The notes beneath the pieces were generated by a model. That model did not search any database. It was not told the DNA's origin and was given only the letters and a program-made list of their open reading frames with translations. From Leidyana gryllorum EB-2025a (Eukaryota > Protista > Apicomplexa), in assembly GCA_048772705.1 (NCBI GenBank), contig JBLWGC010000104.1, forward strand, positions 806,001 through 870,000: 64,000 nt of DNA, read 5' to 3'. The position numbers and the translations under genes are program-made. This document shows, one piece after another, positions 33,621 to 45,999 of the stretch (positions are counted from its first letter, which is position 1; each line of letters begins with the position of its first letter).

Positions 33621-35117
33621 TCATAGCTCGTCCCATGGTGGGCGATCGACATTGTGGACTGTGCGCATCAGCAGCATGGGTTTAGCCCAGTCAGTGAAAG
33701 GACATCGGGTGTCAAGCGCTGTAAATTTCCTTGGTGCATTTTGTTGCTCGGTGGAACACCTTCGGAGAGCATTAAGAAACAGATTGTCGACTATTCTAGA
33801 ATTTTGACCGAAGCCAGGTTTGAGGAGGAGGTCTGGTCGGTAGAACTGTTGTATGGCCAGGATCTTCGCAACCTGAGTCTCATTCAACCCATCAAAGATT
33901 TTCTGTAGCTCCCCAACAGGATCGGCTTCAAAAGCTTTCGTCGAGATTCTCAGCGTAAACTCCTCCCAAGGCACTTGACATTGGAAAGGCAAGGCATTGT
34001 CGAGATTCTTGTCGATCGTGTTGATGATGATAGCATCTTGCTGGAGTGCTTGATATATGTTGTCTTCGTGTGGGAATTCGCCCCGTGTGATGAGAGCAAA
34101 TTGAGTGCGACCAAAGACGTTGTCTCGGAGCTCCGCTGTGACGTTGCGATTTGTGGTGTCAATCCGGCAAGTTTCGAGGGGTCGGTCGCTCGGTTCACAC
34201 AAGGAATAACCTTCCAGTTCGGGCGCCGCCGGACCCCCAGTGACGACAAACTCCTTCTCACGGCGGAAAAAGCTCTTCAGTTCGTTGAAGGCCTTCCGAC
34301 GAGTGGTATACTTGGGATCAGCTTCGTTTGAGGTGAGGGGATCCACAATACTCAGCTTTGATGGGCGCGAGGCTTTCCATTTGGCCACATCTGGAGGACT
34401 CATCGATGACGACGGTTCATTCGCTGGCTGACGAGTGATCTCGTGTTGGAGTAATTGTGGGCGGAATAGTTGACAATACTGGAGAGTTGGTCGGTAGAAT
34501 CTTTCTATAGATATCATTTGACTCATCATGTAGTCAATCAAGACATCAGGGGGTGTAACACTCTTTCGTATGGGATGCTGATAGCGGTAGTTCTTTTTGA
34601 CGATCATCTCTGTACGATTGAGCAGCCTCTCGTGTACGGCTTCAGTCGAACTGAACATGACGAAGGCATGACCATGACTAGACATCCACAGGTTGTGGTC
34701 AAGTAAGTTTGCGAAAGCCCTGTCAAGGGACTCCCGAGCACCTTCTTGGCATTGTCCATCCAGGACCAAACCAGCAAAAGTAGGGACGAATATGAAGTCA
34801 GCCATATCCATCCGCTGTCGACGCCATGGGTGTGTGAGTAGAGCCTCATGAAATAGATAGTCAGACCGCTCGGTGGCATTACTGCATAGAGCCTCTACAT
34901 TTGCGAGATCCCCGTTCTCGAGAATATGGAATGTGACTTCCTTGCCGTTGTTCAACCAGCTCTTGGGATAGAAGTAGCGGCGTTCCTCATAGGACGAGAA
35001 GCTTGCATAATACTCTGGACTTTGAATCCATCTCTGACTCAAACTCAGCACACCAGGATACATCTCAGCGCCACATGGCCACGCCACTAACCCCCCCAAA
35101 ACGGTCCAACGCCACAT
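33621..35117 (-). CDS. Exostosin-family (GT47) glycosyltransferase-like protein
   Basis: Signal/anchor MWRWTVLGGLVAWPCGA; LLTHPWR..MADFIFVP; TQFALITRGE..IYQALQQDAI; LPFQCQVPWEEFTLRI. Confidence 0.8.
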   Translation of the reverse strand: MWRWTVLGGLVAWPCGAEMYPGVLSLSQRWIQSPEYYASFSSYEERRYFYPKSWLNNGKEVTFHILENGDLANVEALCSNATERSDYLFHEALLTHPWRRQRMDMADFIFVPTFAGLVLDGQCQEGARESLDRAFANLLDHNLWMSSHGHAFVMFSSTEAVHERLLNRTEMIVKKNYRYQHPIRKSVTPPDVLIDYMMSQMISIERFYRPTLQYCQLFRPQLLQHEITRQPANEPSSSMSPPDVAKWKASRPSKLSIVDPLTSNEADPKYTTRRKAFNELKSFFRREKEFVVTGGPAAPELEGYSLCEPSDRPLETCRIDTTNRNVTAELRDNVFGRTQFALITRGEFPHEDNIYQALQQDAIIINTIDKNLDNALPFQCQVPWEEFTLRISTKAFEADPVGELQKIFDGLNETQVAKILAIQQFYRPDLLLKPGFGQNSRIVDNLFLNALRRCSTEQQNAPRKFTALDTRCPFTDWAKPMLLMRTVHNVDRPPWDEL

Positions 35118-35135
35118 AGGTGCTGCCAAAAATAA
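35118..35135. promoter_or_regulatory. 18-bp head-to-head spacer (GT47 / CstF77-like)
   Basis: CAT-aggtgctgccaaaaataa-ATG. Confidence 0.55.
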
Positions 35136-37847
35136 ATGGGCCCACTTGACGTCTATGCCCACGATGTCTCCTCTCGAATTCTCGATCCTCAAAACGATGA
35201 GGCCAAATTCAAGGCCCTAATATGCGAGTTCCCTCATCACGTACGGTCACACCAAAAGATACACATATAAATAGCCCCTAGGCCACTGCATGGATTGCCT
35301 ATGCACGATATCTCCACCATGTCAAAGGCGACCACCAAGAAGCCCGTCGGATACTTGAAAAGAGTGCCACGGAACTCAGGTCTCTAGGTGTGTTCAGTAA
35401 AGTATATCGTCAAATCAATCACCTCTCACGTCAAAACAGACTTGTGGCTCGCTCTCGTAGAGCTCGAAGTTGAGATTGGAGACTCTCACGTATCGAAGTA
35501 TCGCACGCTCAAAGCAGCTGTCCAGGATGTAAGTCCATCTCTTCTTGTCAATATTCAATGGCAAAGTCACTTGTTGCAATGAGACTGCTTTGAGACGAGA
35601 CTCTTCTTATCAATCGCTACATACTCAGGTTGGATGGGATCCTCGATCACTCCCACTGTGGGACTCATTCTTCGCTCTTTTTGTGATGCTGCACAACTCG
35701 ACTGTCAAGTCTCTGGCCACCCAATCGGCTGAACCGGCAATCACAATGCCAACTTCGGCCACCGCGCCGCTGGGCCACTTGGAGGCTCCTTCGCAAGGCT
35801 CCTCATCAGGAGGGACGTCCGCTGCCAATAGCAACAACCTGGCACAGGACGAGGACCTGTCGCGATTCTTCACAACGGCGGACCAGCTAGACCTCACTAC
35901 TCGGGTTCCCGCGCGTACACTGACAGAAGCTCTGCTGAAACATCCTCTCCGAGACGAGCGAATTATGGACCTCCCCAACACGGAGGTCGAAGGAGATCAA
36001 TTGAAGACATTGAGTTCGAGTGGTGATCTGAACATGAGCGTTTTTTATGCTCACTTGTCTCGCCTTCTGCTCACCCCGTTGGTTGACTTGACATCCACAG
36101 CGGTGAAAAATGCTCTCGGCTCGCTGGAAGAGGGTCGCAGACAGGTGTACGAGCCAGTGGTGAACCATATCATGAAAATAAAGTCCTCTGTACTGGAGAA
36201 CATACCGTCGGAAGCTCTTATCAGTACTTCGAGTCCTTTGCATCCGGAGATGGACGAGCTGTATGCACCTTACTGGCTACAATTGGTGGAGTTTGAGCAA
36301 CAGGACGGGTGGCGGATTAGAGATGTCGACGCTTCTGTGTACGAGGCGCGTGTGGAGTTTATGTACAATTGGGCGTGCAACGTCTGCCATCATGTTCCAG
36401 ATGTGTGGTTCAGTCGCGTGCAATTCGCATTCCGAAGCGGCAACAATGATCGCGGTTTCCATATCCTATCTCACATCGTGGAGAAGGAGATTGTTCACGC
36501 AGGTAATGACTCGAGTTCGCGCTGCTCCTGCCGTCTTCCTCGGGGAGACATGGAGTTGGATCTTTACTTTGGCTTATTGCAATCTCACACTTTCTTGACA
36601 GATGAAATGGCCATCGTGCACGCTGACGCAGTTGCATTGCTGAAGAACAATGTTGGTCAAGCTGTCGACATATTGGCTTCGGCAGTGCGGTACTGTGTTG
36701 ACAAGGGACGGGTTATCGAACCTTCTCTCCTCTACCACTCATTGGTCAGCTGTCTGCGAGCCCACGGCCAAAGGGCTTGGGAGAAGGCCATTCGAGCTAT
36801 GCTGGCAGACCCGAAGGTCAAGGGAGCCGTGACAGATCATCTCTTACTCATGATCATCACGTTGCATCACACTTTGGAGCCGTCGGATGAATTACCGATA
36901 GCGTCCCTCATAGACCAGTCCGCGAAGCTCTTTCCCGACTCCTTGCCGCTCCAGATGTTGAGATCAATGAGGGTGGAGGAGATTCCTCGTTTTGTTGATT
37001 GCCGAAAGTGCTTATACGGAATGAGTGATATGGCCGGGAGAGTGTTGGTGACAGCCGGTGTCACTGAGCTGATAAAAAGGGCTGCGGAAGACAGTTATCA
37101 CTTCAGCTCCTCGACGTGGGTCAAGCGAAATTGTCTTTCCAGTCATCATTCATATGCAGGCGTGACGTCAGGAAATGGTTGTCGATCGCTTCCAGACTGA
37201 ACAGTTCCCTGACGGATGGCAGCAGTACTTCCGTCAATAACGCCAACTCTAACACAATATCGGGGGCGACGGGTGCCCATATCGATCTGGAAGACGAGCG
37301 CTATGTGCTGAAGTGTTTGTTGGTTCCGAATGGTGACAGTAAGTGCAGCATATTGTTGGTGCTTTCGGTGAACGTCTCGCAGAAACTTTTAGACGGTATA
37401 TGGCGATGGCTAAGGATTTGACAAGCCGAGGTTTGAACGCCGTTTTGACTCAGAATCGTTTGAATGAGGTGGCGATCGCTCAAGTTTCAACTAGCGGAGG
37501 CATCAATGATGAGAAGATCCAAGCTATCGCGCGCTCGGGACATCGTATCCAGCAGCTTGTTGAGATCCTGCAGAGCATCGTTCCTGCTAACGAGAGTAAG
37601 TCTGTGACAAAGGGTCGACGATGGGATATGTGGAACTCCAGGCTCGATGATGGATGAAGTAGACGCACCCAAAGAAAAAGCCTTGCTTCTTCGAGACATC
37701 TTGGAACGCACCGCTGACAAAGCTCGAAGTCGTCATCTGATCAGTCCAGTTCGTGTTGATCAGATGAAGACTATTTTGGCAGATCCCCAGACACTCAATG
37801 CTCTCGACAGATGGTTCAGATTCCAGCAAGCAACCAAGTCCTCATAA
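35136..37847 (+). CDS. HAT-repeat protein, CstF-77/Rna14-like
   Basis: Spliced N-terminus MGPLDVYAHD..EFPHH|ATAWIAYARYL; DLWLAL; VGWDPRSLPLWDSF; WLQLVEFE; RVEFMY..HHVPDVWF. Confidence 0.65.
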
Positions 37848-39998
37848 TTCCTCCACCAATTTTGGGAGGTCATCGGGCTCATCAACGAGCTTCAATGCTT
37901 GAAGAACTCGATTCATGTCAAATCGGAAAGTAGACTGCAGCAAGAATGATTTGAGGATTGAAGCAGCTCGGCAACGAACACACATACATATACACACACA
38001 CACCGAGGCACACAGCCCGCGTTCAAGAGACTCACGTGTTGATGCACCCATTTGATCAATTCTTCGGGAGTGTGAACGCCTCCCATGTGTTCAGCCGGGC
38101 GGTCCTTTGCCTTGGAGGTATACAACAGCAGTGTTGGGTACGCGCCTACAAAGGGGGGAGGAATTAATGTTGCGGGATACAAAGGAGGGGACGACAGAGA
38201 CATGAGTTAGCTTACGTAGCTGTAAGCCCGCGACCTCGTTGGCTGTAGCGTCAATCTTTGCAAACTTGATTTTCGTGATACCGGCTTTTCGAAATGCTCG
38301 TGCAACCTTCTCGTATACGGGTGCCAGAACACGACAGTGCCCACACCATGGCGCGTAAAAATCGACCAACACATCGTCACTAGTGTTGATCACTTCCTTT
38401 TGGAAGGTGAGTCCGACCAACATCCGTACGGCTCCCGAGTTGCTCTCTTCGGGTAGGGGCGTCTCCGACTTGATGCTCGGTTGCACACGACCGCCCTGCA
38501 CATCTGCAATCCAAGAACGCAGTTTCTCAGCGGCCAAACGGGTACTGGCCGCCGGGTTCTCGGGATCAGCAATAGTAAAGACCATCTTCGTGATCTCGGG
38601 AGGGGCGTAGTACCGCAACTGGGTAAGATGTACAGTTTGAGGGTGGGAACAGACTGAAGACGCTCACTGTTGGTGCATAAATGCCAGTGCCTTGTGGGTT
38701 CTGTGCCACATAAACTAAGGCCGGCGTCTCTTCGACGTGAAGAGTACCTGAGGGGAGTGGGGAGAGACACATCATTTCGATCGCAAGGCGGGGTGCCAAC
38801 TCACTCATTAATCTTCGTTCATGGAATCTATCTAAGCCGCTGACCACTACGGACATGCTGGATTTGAACCGCTTGCCCACATCCCAGAGAACGTCTTCAA
38901 CGTGGAGTAAGAGAGTGTCTCTGGCTTCGAAAGTCTCCTCCTCCACCATGTGTTCTTCCAATGAGGGATTCATATGACGGAAGGCTACCAAGAAAGGTCG
39001 TTGCTCTTCGATCAAGCGGGAGCCAACATCTGCACTCCAACGGCTGATGGTAGGAAACTGATAGGCTTTGATGAATTGTTCCATTGCGTGTGCGTCTTCC
39101 AGTAGATGACTTTGCCGTTCCTGTTCCGGGTATATATGTGCAAGATACTCGAGATGGCTACGATCGTAGGTGAATCGGTCTGGATCATCGCTATAGTGGT
39201 GCGGGTTTAGGAGAACGAGGAACGCTGCATTGAGATTCTTCCGTAAATAGAGAATACGAGTGGTGGAATCAGTCTGAGCTCTTCCTTTTTCGTAAGTGTC
39301 CAAAATATGCTGTGCCATCTTGGCTCCTCGAGCAATACCAAACATCACTTTTGAAGCTCCTTTGGCCACCGAGTCGTAAGCCTTCTGGATTTTCGGCGTG
39401 GGATTGACGAGTAAACAGACAATATCAGAGTGGTGGAGTTTCAGCAGCGCCGTCAGCTGTTCCGGGCTATTGATCTCAACGTTGCTAGTTGTCAGGTCCA
39501 TCAACCATGACATGAGAGGCTGCAATGAATAGGCGAATTCAGCATAAGGTGATTATATCCCCATAACAGGGGGAATTCAAACAGAGTAGTCCACTGCATA
39601 TCTCTCCTGCTCACCTGGAAGCTTTGCTCGCCGTTATAGACAATAGTTGAATTCCCATAGCCTTTGTGCAGCTTGACTGTGGGGAAGCCAGTAATGTCCT
39701 CTTTATCGAGAACGGGTCGGTTCTCTTTGATGCTGAGATCAATACGAGCGAAAACGGGTCGGTCTTCTTGGGCCCCGAGAGGCTGAAAGGTGGTCTCACT
39801 AGCGATTACCACATCTTCGTACACTGGCATGAATGTACGACACCAATAGCACCACGGTACAAAATAGAAGACGACTGCATTCTTGTGACGTTTGATATAG
39901 TCTTCATGATTCTCGGCCGTCAAATTCGTCAATAACTCTTCATGGGCTCGACAGAATATGAGGAGAGTGCTCGTCAGCAATGCCAGTGGCAGCCACAT
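37842..39998 (-). CDS. Protein disulfide isomerase family protein
   Basis: Signal peptide MWLPLALL; thioredoxin domains FVPWCYWC and DFYAPWCGHC; KIDATANE; C-terminal VEEL retention-like signal. Confidence 0.9.
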
Positions 39999-40021
39999 TG
40001 GGTAATTTCTTTTTGGGCTCG

Positions 40022-42033
40022 ATGACTCGGAGACGTGCAGACGCCAAGAAGCCATCTCGTCCAGGGAAACGCGCGCGAGATTCAGAGACTGATGGCTCAG
40101 ACTTCCCCAAGCGTAAGTATGCCATCGTTCTGGGGTATCTCGGGACCGGATACTACGGAATGCAAAGGTACGCTCTCAACCTCAAACACTGTTCAACAAT
40201 ATCTCCTTTCCCGTTCGAGCAGGCAGATGAATCAAGCGGCTGAGAAAGAGTGTCGTACGATAGAGGGAGAACTGGAGAAGGCTTTGGTGACCGCTGGAGC
40301 TCTGGAGCCGAGCCACGTGACCAATATGGGAAGGCTGCAATGGTCTCGGGTGGGGAGAACTGATAAGGGCGTGCACGCTGCTTGTCAAGTGGTCACTCTC
40401 AAGATGACCCTCGGACCCATCACAGAGGAGCAACAGGCCGCCTTCACGGCCGCCTACGGCTCACCAGAGGATCCCGAGGAGGTTCCTCTGCTGAGTGCTG
40501 ACGGGAAGTCACTGGACACGTCTTCGGCTGGCTTTGAGCTGTTGGATGAAGAGGATTTGGAGATCAAGAAGAAGTGTCTGGAGAACGCCCGCGCAATGCA
40601 ACGTCAGCGTGAGGAGGCCATGAAAGCTAAGCTGCAAGCCCAATTGCCGGACACTTTCCGATTGTTTGACATTGTCAAAGTGATACCGCAATACGATGCT
40701 CGAATGCGGGCAACGAAGCGGCGTTACGAATACATACTGCCCTCATGGATCCTGCGAAGGTTCGAGGTGACGAGTACAGAAGAGAAGTTGCGCAGCTTTT
40801 TCGACCAGTACTGTCCACAGTTCGCGCCTGCAGAGTATGTTGGTATTGAGGAGAAACAACGGGTTCTGAAAGCTTTGAGGGAGAACGAAACCGACGCCAT
40901 TGCGATGGTGACAGACACTTCGCAGAGAGATAGTCTCGGGAGTATCCTGAATCGATGGTACGAGGAAGTGGCGAGTTTCCGTCGGGGATACGCAAGTCTC
41001 AATTTGGAACAGAGAGAAACGGTTTGGAGTGATGCAGGTGAAACGTTCGTCAAGGAAAGCGAGACTTTCGTGCCGCCATATGGTCCCTTCGGCTACGCAA
41101 GTTACAGATTGCCCGCCCAACAAGTTGAGAATACGTTATCCGATAGTGACTTGGAGGAATTCCAAGAGTTGCTCAGTCACTATAAGGGCACTTATCATTG
41201 GTTCAATTTCACGTCACGGATCGCGAGTGACGAGGCAACTGGGAACCGCACCATTGAAAGCATCCAGGTATTGAGCGATAGAACGATTGGCGGCGACTTG
41301 ATATATGTGTTGGTGGCGGAGGCGGCGATCCAGTGTAACATGAATGGCACATCACGTGCAATAATGAATTCTTTGTCTGTTTGCAGGTGGAGCGGGTTAC
41401 ACGTAACGGTCGAGAGCTGATCGTAGTCAGACTAGTCGGTCAGAGCTTTTTGCTCAATCAAATCCGGAAGATGGTCTGTAAGTCCAAATAAGTGTATGCG
41501 GCCTACAAATGAATGTCAGCCCTGGCGGTTGAGGCCTTCTGCGCCGGGATCAAGGGTGTTAACTCGATCGACTGGCTTCTGAAGGAGCCGTTGACCCCGA
41601 AAAAGCACTTGCACTTGGCTCCGGGGGAGGGTCTGTTGCTTGAGAGGGCGTATTTCGACGCGCGTCATGTCGATCAGCGACGACAATATGCAGGATTGAA
41701 TATGGAAGATGAAGGAGTCGGGGGACAGATAGAAGAGTTCAAAACTCAAGTCGTCTATCCATTCATGGGGGAATCTTTCGACTCTAACTCAACGTGAGTC
41801 ATAAGTGCTCGCCTCTTTCTCACAAATCAACGTGTATCATCAGATGGCATCGGTATCTAGCCGATCTCACTTGGCATCCCTTCATGCTGGAGAATTTCCC
41901 CAATCCCAATAAAGGAGACGATAAATATGTAGATGAACGAGAAGCAAATCACCCTCCCGCCAATGCACAACCAGATGATCGTCCAGAGCAGAAGGACAAT
42001 GAGCCTTCTACCAAAACTCGTAGATTAACATGA
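40022..42033 (+). CDS. PUS1: tRNA pseudouridine synthase, TruA/Pus1 family
   Basis: KRKYAIVLGYLGTGYYGMQ, SRVGRTDKGVHA (catalytic Asp), RRYEY, GTYHWFNFT, GQSFLLNQIRKMV, APGEGLLLE. Confidence 0.9.
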
Positions 42034-42319
42034 CTTTTGCGAACAAGAGAACATTACAGGGAATATGGGGATAATGAAAAGTCTGGGCACCACCGAACTA
42101 ACATAGAACCGATTGCATCGGGGCATTAATAGCAGTGTTTCGAAATCGGATATCAGGGAGATATGGATGGATCGCAAGGAAGAGGTACAGCCCCGTCGAC
42201 ATGAGGTAGTAAGGTGCTCTCGCTGTACAATGTTGGACTTATGAATGGAGGTGGCGCGGTGCAAGCAGATCCAGCCTCCAAGCGAGGGGACGACATCCTC
42301 CACATACGGTGGCGTCAAT

Positions 42320-42913
42320 TTACTGATTCGCGTAGTGCGCCAACAAATCTTGCAGCAACTTGTTGTGTACTGGCATCCCCAATGATCGATTCACGTGGTT
42401 GTGGACGTCACTCATCCACACGGAGAATACTTCACGATTCCCGTTCTCCGGAATCGGCAACTCAGCAAGGGTGTTCCCAAAATCACTTCGACACTCTGTA
42501 CATGGGTACAATGCAAACGCCGCTTCATACCACGCCGCTAGAGCCAATCCGCCGTCTTCCTCCACATTAGCCGCTGCTGAGTGAAAAACTTGCCATGCAG
42601 CTCGACCGAGCTCCCAACGTAGCGGTGGGTGGACCCTGAAATGTCAACATGTGACACGCAAGTAGACTCATAGACGCACTCAATCAATAACCACTAGAGT
42701 GATTACCCATACATATGACGTTCCACTCAGCAAACAGGCACCAGGCACTCACACCATCATGGTGTCCAACGGTACAGCCACAGCCACAGCACACACGCAC
42801 ACACACGCCAGTAGATACACGACCACACTCATCCATGGCACTTACGTAGAATTGCAAAGGTCTTGAGGGATCCTGTCACGACAATTGAGTCCAAAGCATG
42901 GAGTAGGTTTCAT
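42320..42913 (-). CDS. ERV1: Erv1/ALR FAD-dependent sulfhydryl oxidase
   Basis: MKPTPCFGLNCRDRIP.., an intron of about 208 nt (42638-42845), then PPLRWELGRAAW..H, YPCTECRSDF (CxxC), W...VHNHVNRSLG. Confidence 0.88.
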
Positions 42914-42942
42914 TTTACTTGTAAAGGAAAAGGGACTACAAA

Positions 42943-44142
42943 ATGGAGTTGACACTGCCCCTGTCGGTCGGCACTCCGCGCGGGACAGCAGCTGGAGGCG
43001 ATTTGAAGACGCCCCAGGCTCCTGCCCGGGGGCGCCGTCGGTATTGGCTAACGGCCATGTTGAATGATGAGATTGAACTGATTGAAACACTCTTAGATGA
43101 TGAAGATGAGGTGAACGAGGAGATGAAGGCGCAGTGGTTGGTATGGGACTGCCAAGAGATCAACGCGATTGCGAGCTGTGACTTGATCAACGTTCCCCCA
43201 ATCATATTGGCCGCCCGCTGGTGCTCCCCCAAGACAATTCGTCTATTGATTGCCAAAGGGGCATCAATGGGCTACCTCGGACCTCAATCCATGACGGCAC
43301 TACATGCATTAGTATCACAACCCGAATGCTCCTACGCATTCCTGGAGGCTGTCAGAGCCTATGTAACCCCTTTAGCGATGAAACTGGACCGCGTGACTAT
43401 GACCAGACCTCCGTCGTCCGACTCAATGGATCCCTTTTGCATGGGTTTGGGCGGAGCTGAGGCGGAGCCACAGGATGAGGATGCTTGTTCCAGTATGGGG
43501 GAGCGAACTCCGACCGCAGCTCGGCGAGTAAAGGCAATGTCGCCCTTAGCCATTTCGCGTGCCTTTCATCAGCACTCTCTATCGACTCCATCTACACAGG
43601 TATCGTCGAATACTGCTACACTGTCACCCGCCGAGTCGTACATTGCACTGCGACGCAAGGAGATGGCTTTGGTGGCCCAGCTACTCATTTTTTACGGAGG
43701 CTTGGATCCCCGAACTCGAGATGCGACTGATCGTTCGGCGATGGACTACGCCCGTATATTTGGCCACAACGACATTATTGAGGTGTTTGAAGCAACAATG
43801 GCGGCTGAGGCGCGGACAATCTCTGCGCCGATCTTGATGCCCCCAATGGCTCAAAGCTCGTTGCCCGCCTTCCCTGTGTGTTCAACTCCAGCTGCGTACT
43901 CGGCGCGAGCGCTGACCGTGCAGAGTCCCATGAGTATTCTGAATAGTGTTGACTCCTCAATACCGACTGGATGCTCCATCCCGGAAGATTTCACTACTCG
44001 TCATGGGGGCGGTTTGAAGAGAAGAGGACCCCGTCTGGCGAAATTGCCGGACGAAGGCGAAGCATCACCACCTATGGCGAGTCGACGACGTACAGTGACG
44101 CCCCTCGGCTTCAGAACCCCTTTAGCACCGGTAGAAAACTGA
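42943..44142 (+). CDS. Ankyrin-repeat protein
   Basis: PPIILAARW..IRLLIAKGA, MTALHAL, DATDRSAMDYARIFGHNDIIEV. Confidence 0.75.
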   Translation: MELTLPLSVGTPRGTAAGGDLKTPQAPARGRRRYWLTAMLNDEIELIETLLDDEDEVNEEMKAQWLVWDCQEINAIASCDLINVPPIILAARWCSPKTIRLLIAKGASMGYLGPQSMTALHALVSQPECSYAFLEAVRAYVTPLAMKLDRVTMTRPPSSDSMDPFCMGLGGAEAEPQDEDACSSMGERTPTAARRVKAMSPLAISRAFHQHSLSTPSTQVSSNTATLSPAESYIALRRKEMALVAQLLIFYGGLDPRTRDATDRSAMDYARIFGHNDIIEVFEATMAAEARTISAPILMPPMAQSSLPAFPVCSTPAAYSARALTVQSPMSILNSVDSSIPTGCSIPEDFTTRHGGGLKRRGPRLAKLPDEGEASPPMASRRRTVTPLGFRTPLAPVEN

Positions 44143-44178
44143 GTAGTGAGATGAATAGAACCTCCAAAAAGCGCCGAC

Positions 44179-45975
44179 ATGCTTCGCCAACTGTTTGGGT
44201 TACTCGGGGGATGTTACCTGGCCGTGAACGCTCAGGTCAGAGTCCTCTCTCCAAGCTCGCTGCAGAAGGCTTTTGAGGAGGGAGGCGAGTTGGCGGCCCC
44301 CAATGGAGTAATTCCCGCCTCCACAGCGACCTTTGGAACACCTCATTATGGAGAGTCGTTTGTCGGACGTCTCCTTAAGATTGACGCCGACTCTTGTACC
44401 TTTGATTATGCCAAGGAACTTGAGAAGTGAGTCTCCCCATTTGTCAACAGCTCTCACCCCCCACTGTCACACCACTCACTTTAGGTACAACATCACTGAG
44501 AGAACCATTCACCGCGAGACCAATGCTTTGAGGGACATATTCTTGATAGCGAGGGGGGGATGCTCGTTTGTGAAGAAGGTGGCAGTCGCCCAGCAGGCTG
44601 GAGCCGATGCCGTCATTATTACTGATCTCCCCGATAGCGAGTGGGATCGTCGCCAAATCACTCAAGTCATCCTTGCTGATGATGGAAATGGGCAACGCAT
44701 CAATATTCCATCCGTTCTGGTGGAGAAGAATGATGGGGCTAAGCTGGTGAGGGTGACGACTTGTGGCCGGGGGATTTGTGAACGCTCATTGTTCTTGACA
44801 GGCTTCTGCTGACTTTAGCGTCCCACCGCTGGTCACGATGGAATGGTCGTTGCCTCAAAAGAGTCTCGTACGAGCTGATTATTGGACAAGCTCGGGATCT
44901 GTGGAAGCGACCAGATTCCTGGCGAGTATGGCGCCTTTAGTGGAGAATCTCAAGGGCGTCGTAGACTTTCAGACACATTATTACATACTGCGTCTCCCAG
45001 TTGGTGAGTGATTACAGTTGAGAGAAGTTCACTCGCTGACCACCAAGCAGAAGCGGATGCCGAGTCTGTGAAGCAGATGTGTTTCAATGGAGATCCAAAT
45101 CTGTGTGTAGCGCCTGCGGACGCCGGCACCACTGCCACAACACAGGATGTGCTGCAGGAGAATCTGTTGCAGCTCTGTTTGGCGGACTTAACCCGAACGA
45201 AAGTCAGTGTTCCCGATGGTCAAGAAGAAGTTGACTACTCGGCTGTTTGGTGGAAGTATATCAGTAAGGCACCGACTGCTTGCCCATTGCGAACTGCTGA
45301 TCAATCGGGCTCCATGAAGTTCGGCCGCGAGTGCTCTCTGAAGCTACTGGCTGAGGTTGGGGCATCGGTACCGGATGTGGAGAAGTGTATCACAGAACGG
45401 GCGGAGACTCTGTTGAAGCGTGAGCAGAACAACAACGCCTGGGCTGTGTCTGCTCTGCGTGTGAATGGAGCGAGGTGAGTCCACGGCGGTGGACGCGGAC
45501 CTGCAGTATCAACCCCTTTGAACAACAGGTTTAGTGGCAACTTAGAGGCCCCGTTGGTATTACAGGCTGTATGCTCAGCCTTTGAGAAGGCGCCACCGCA
45601 GTGTACTGAGGCGGCAAAGTAAGTGTTAAGAGGTACATTTATTGCGCCAGACTTCCCGTCCTCAGAGTGGTTCACACCGACACCGCTAAGGTGGTGCCCA
45701 CGGGTCCGTCGAACGGCCATGTGATTCTGGTTTGTGCCGCGATGATCGTGTGTCTGCTGGTCGGAATGTATTTGTGGCAGATGTATTCCAAGAACATGCA
45801 GCGTCGAGCTCTGAGACATGAAGTCATGCTGGAGGTGAAAACTCAGTTACAGGACTATTACAGAGTCGAGGACCCACAGGCTCTGTGGGCAGAAACGACG
45901 GGCGGCACTGGAGGTTCCAATAGCAAAGGTGCTCGAGAGACTGAATTCACTAAGTTGAAGTTTAGGGTTTATTAG
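44179..45975 (+). CDS. PA-domain type I membrane protein, vacuolar sorting receptor-like
   Basis: Signal peptide; ATFGTPHYG; IARGGCSFVKKV..AQQAGA; INIPSVLV; QENLLQLC; VNGARFSGNL..AVCSAF; TM helix and Tyr-containing tail. Confidence 0.85.
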
Positions 45976-45999
45976 CAGCAGAGAGGAGGGTGCGCGCAG

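Noticed and set aside
42034-42319. 286-bp convergent spacer as a possible ncRNA or small gene
   Set aside because: No recognisable RNA motifs or convincing ORF; probably 3' UTRs.
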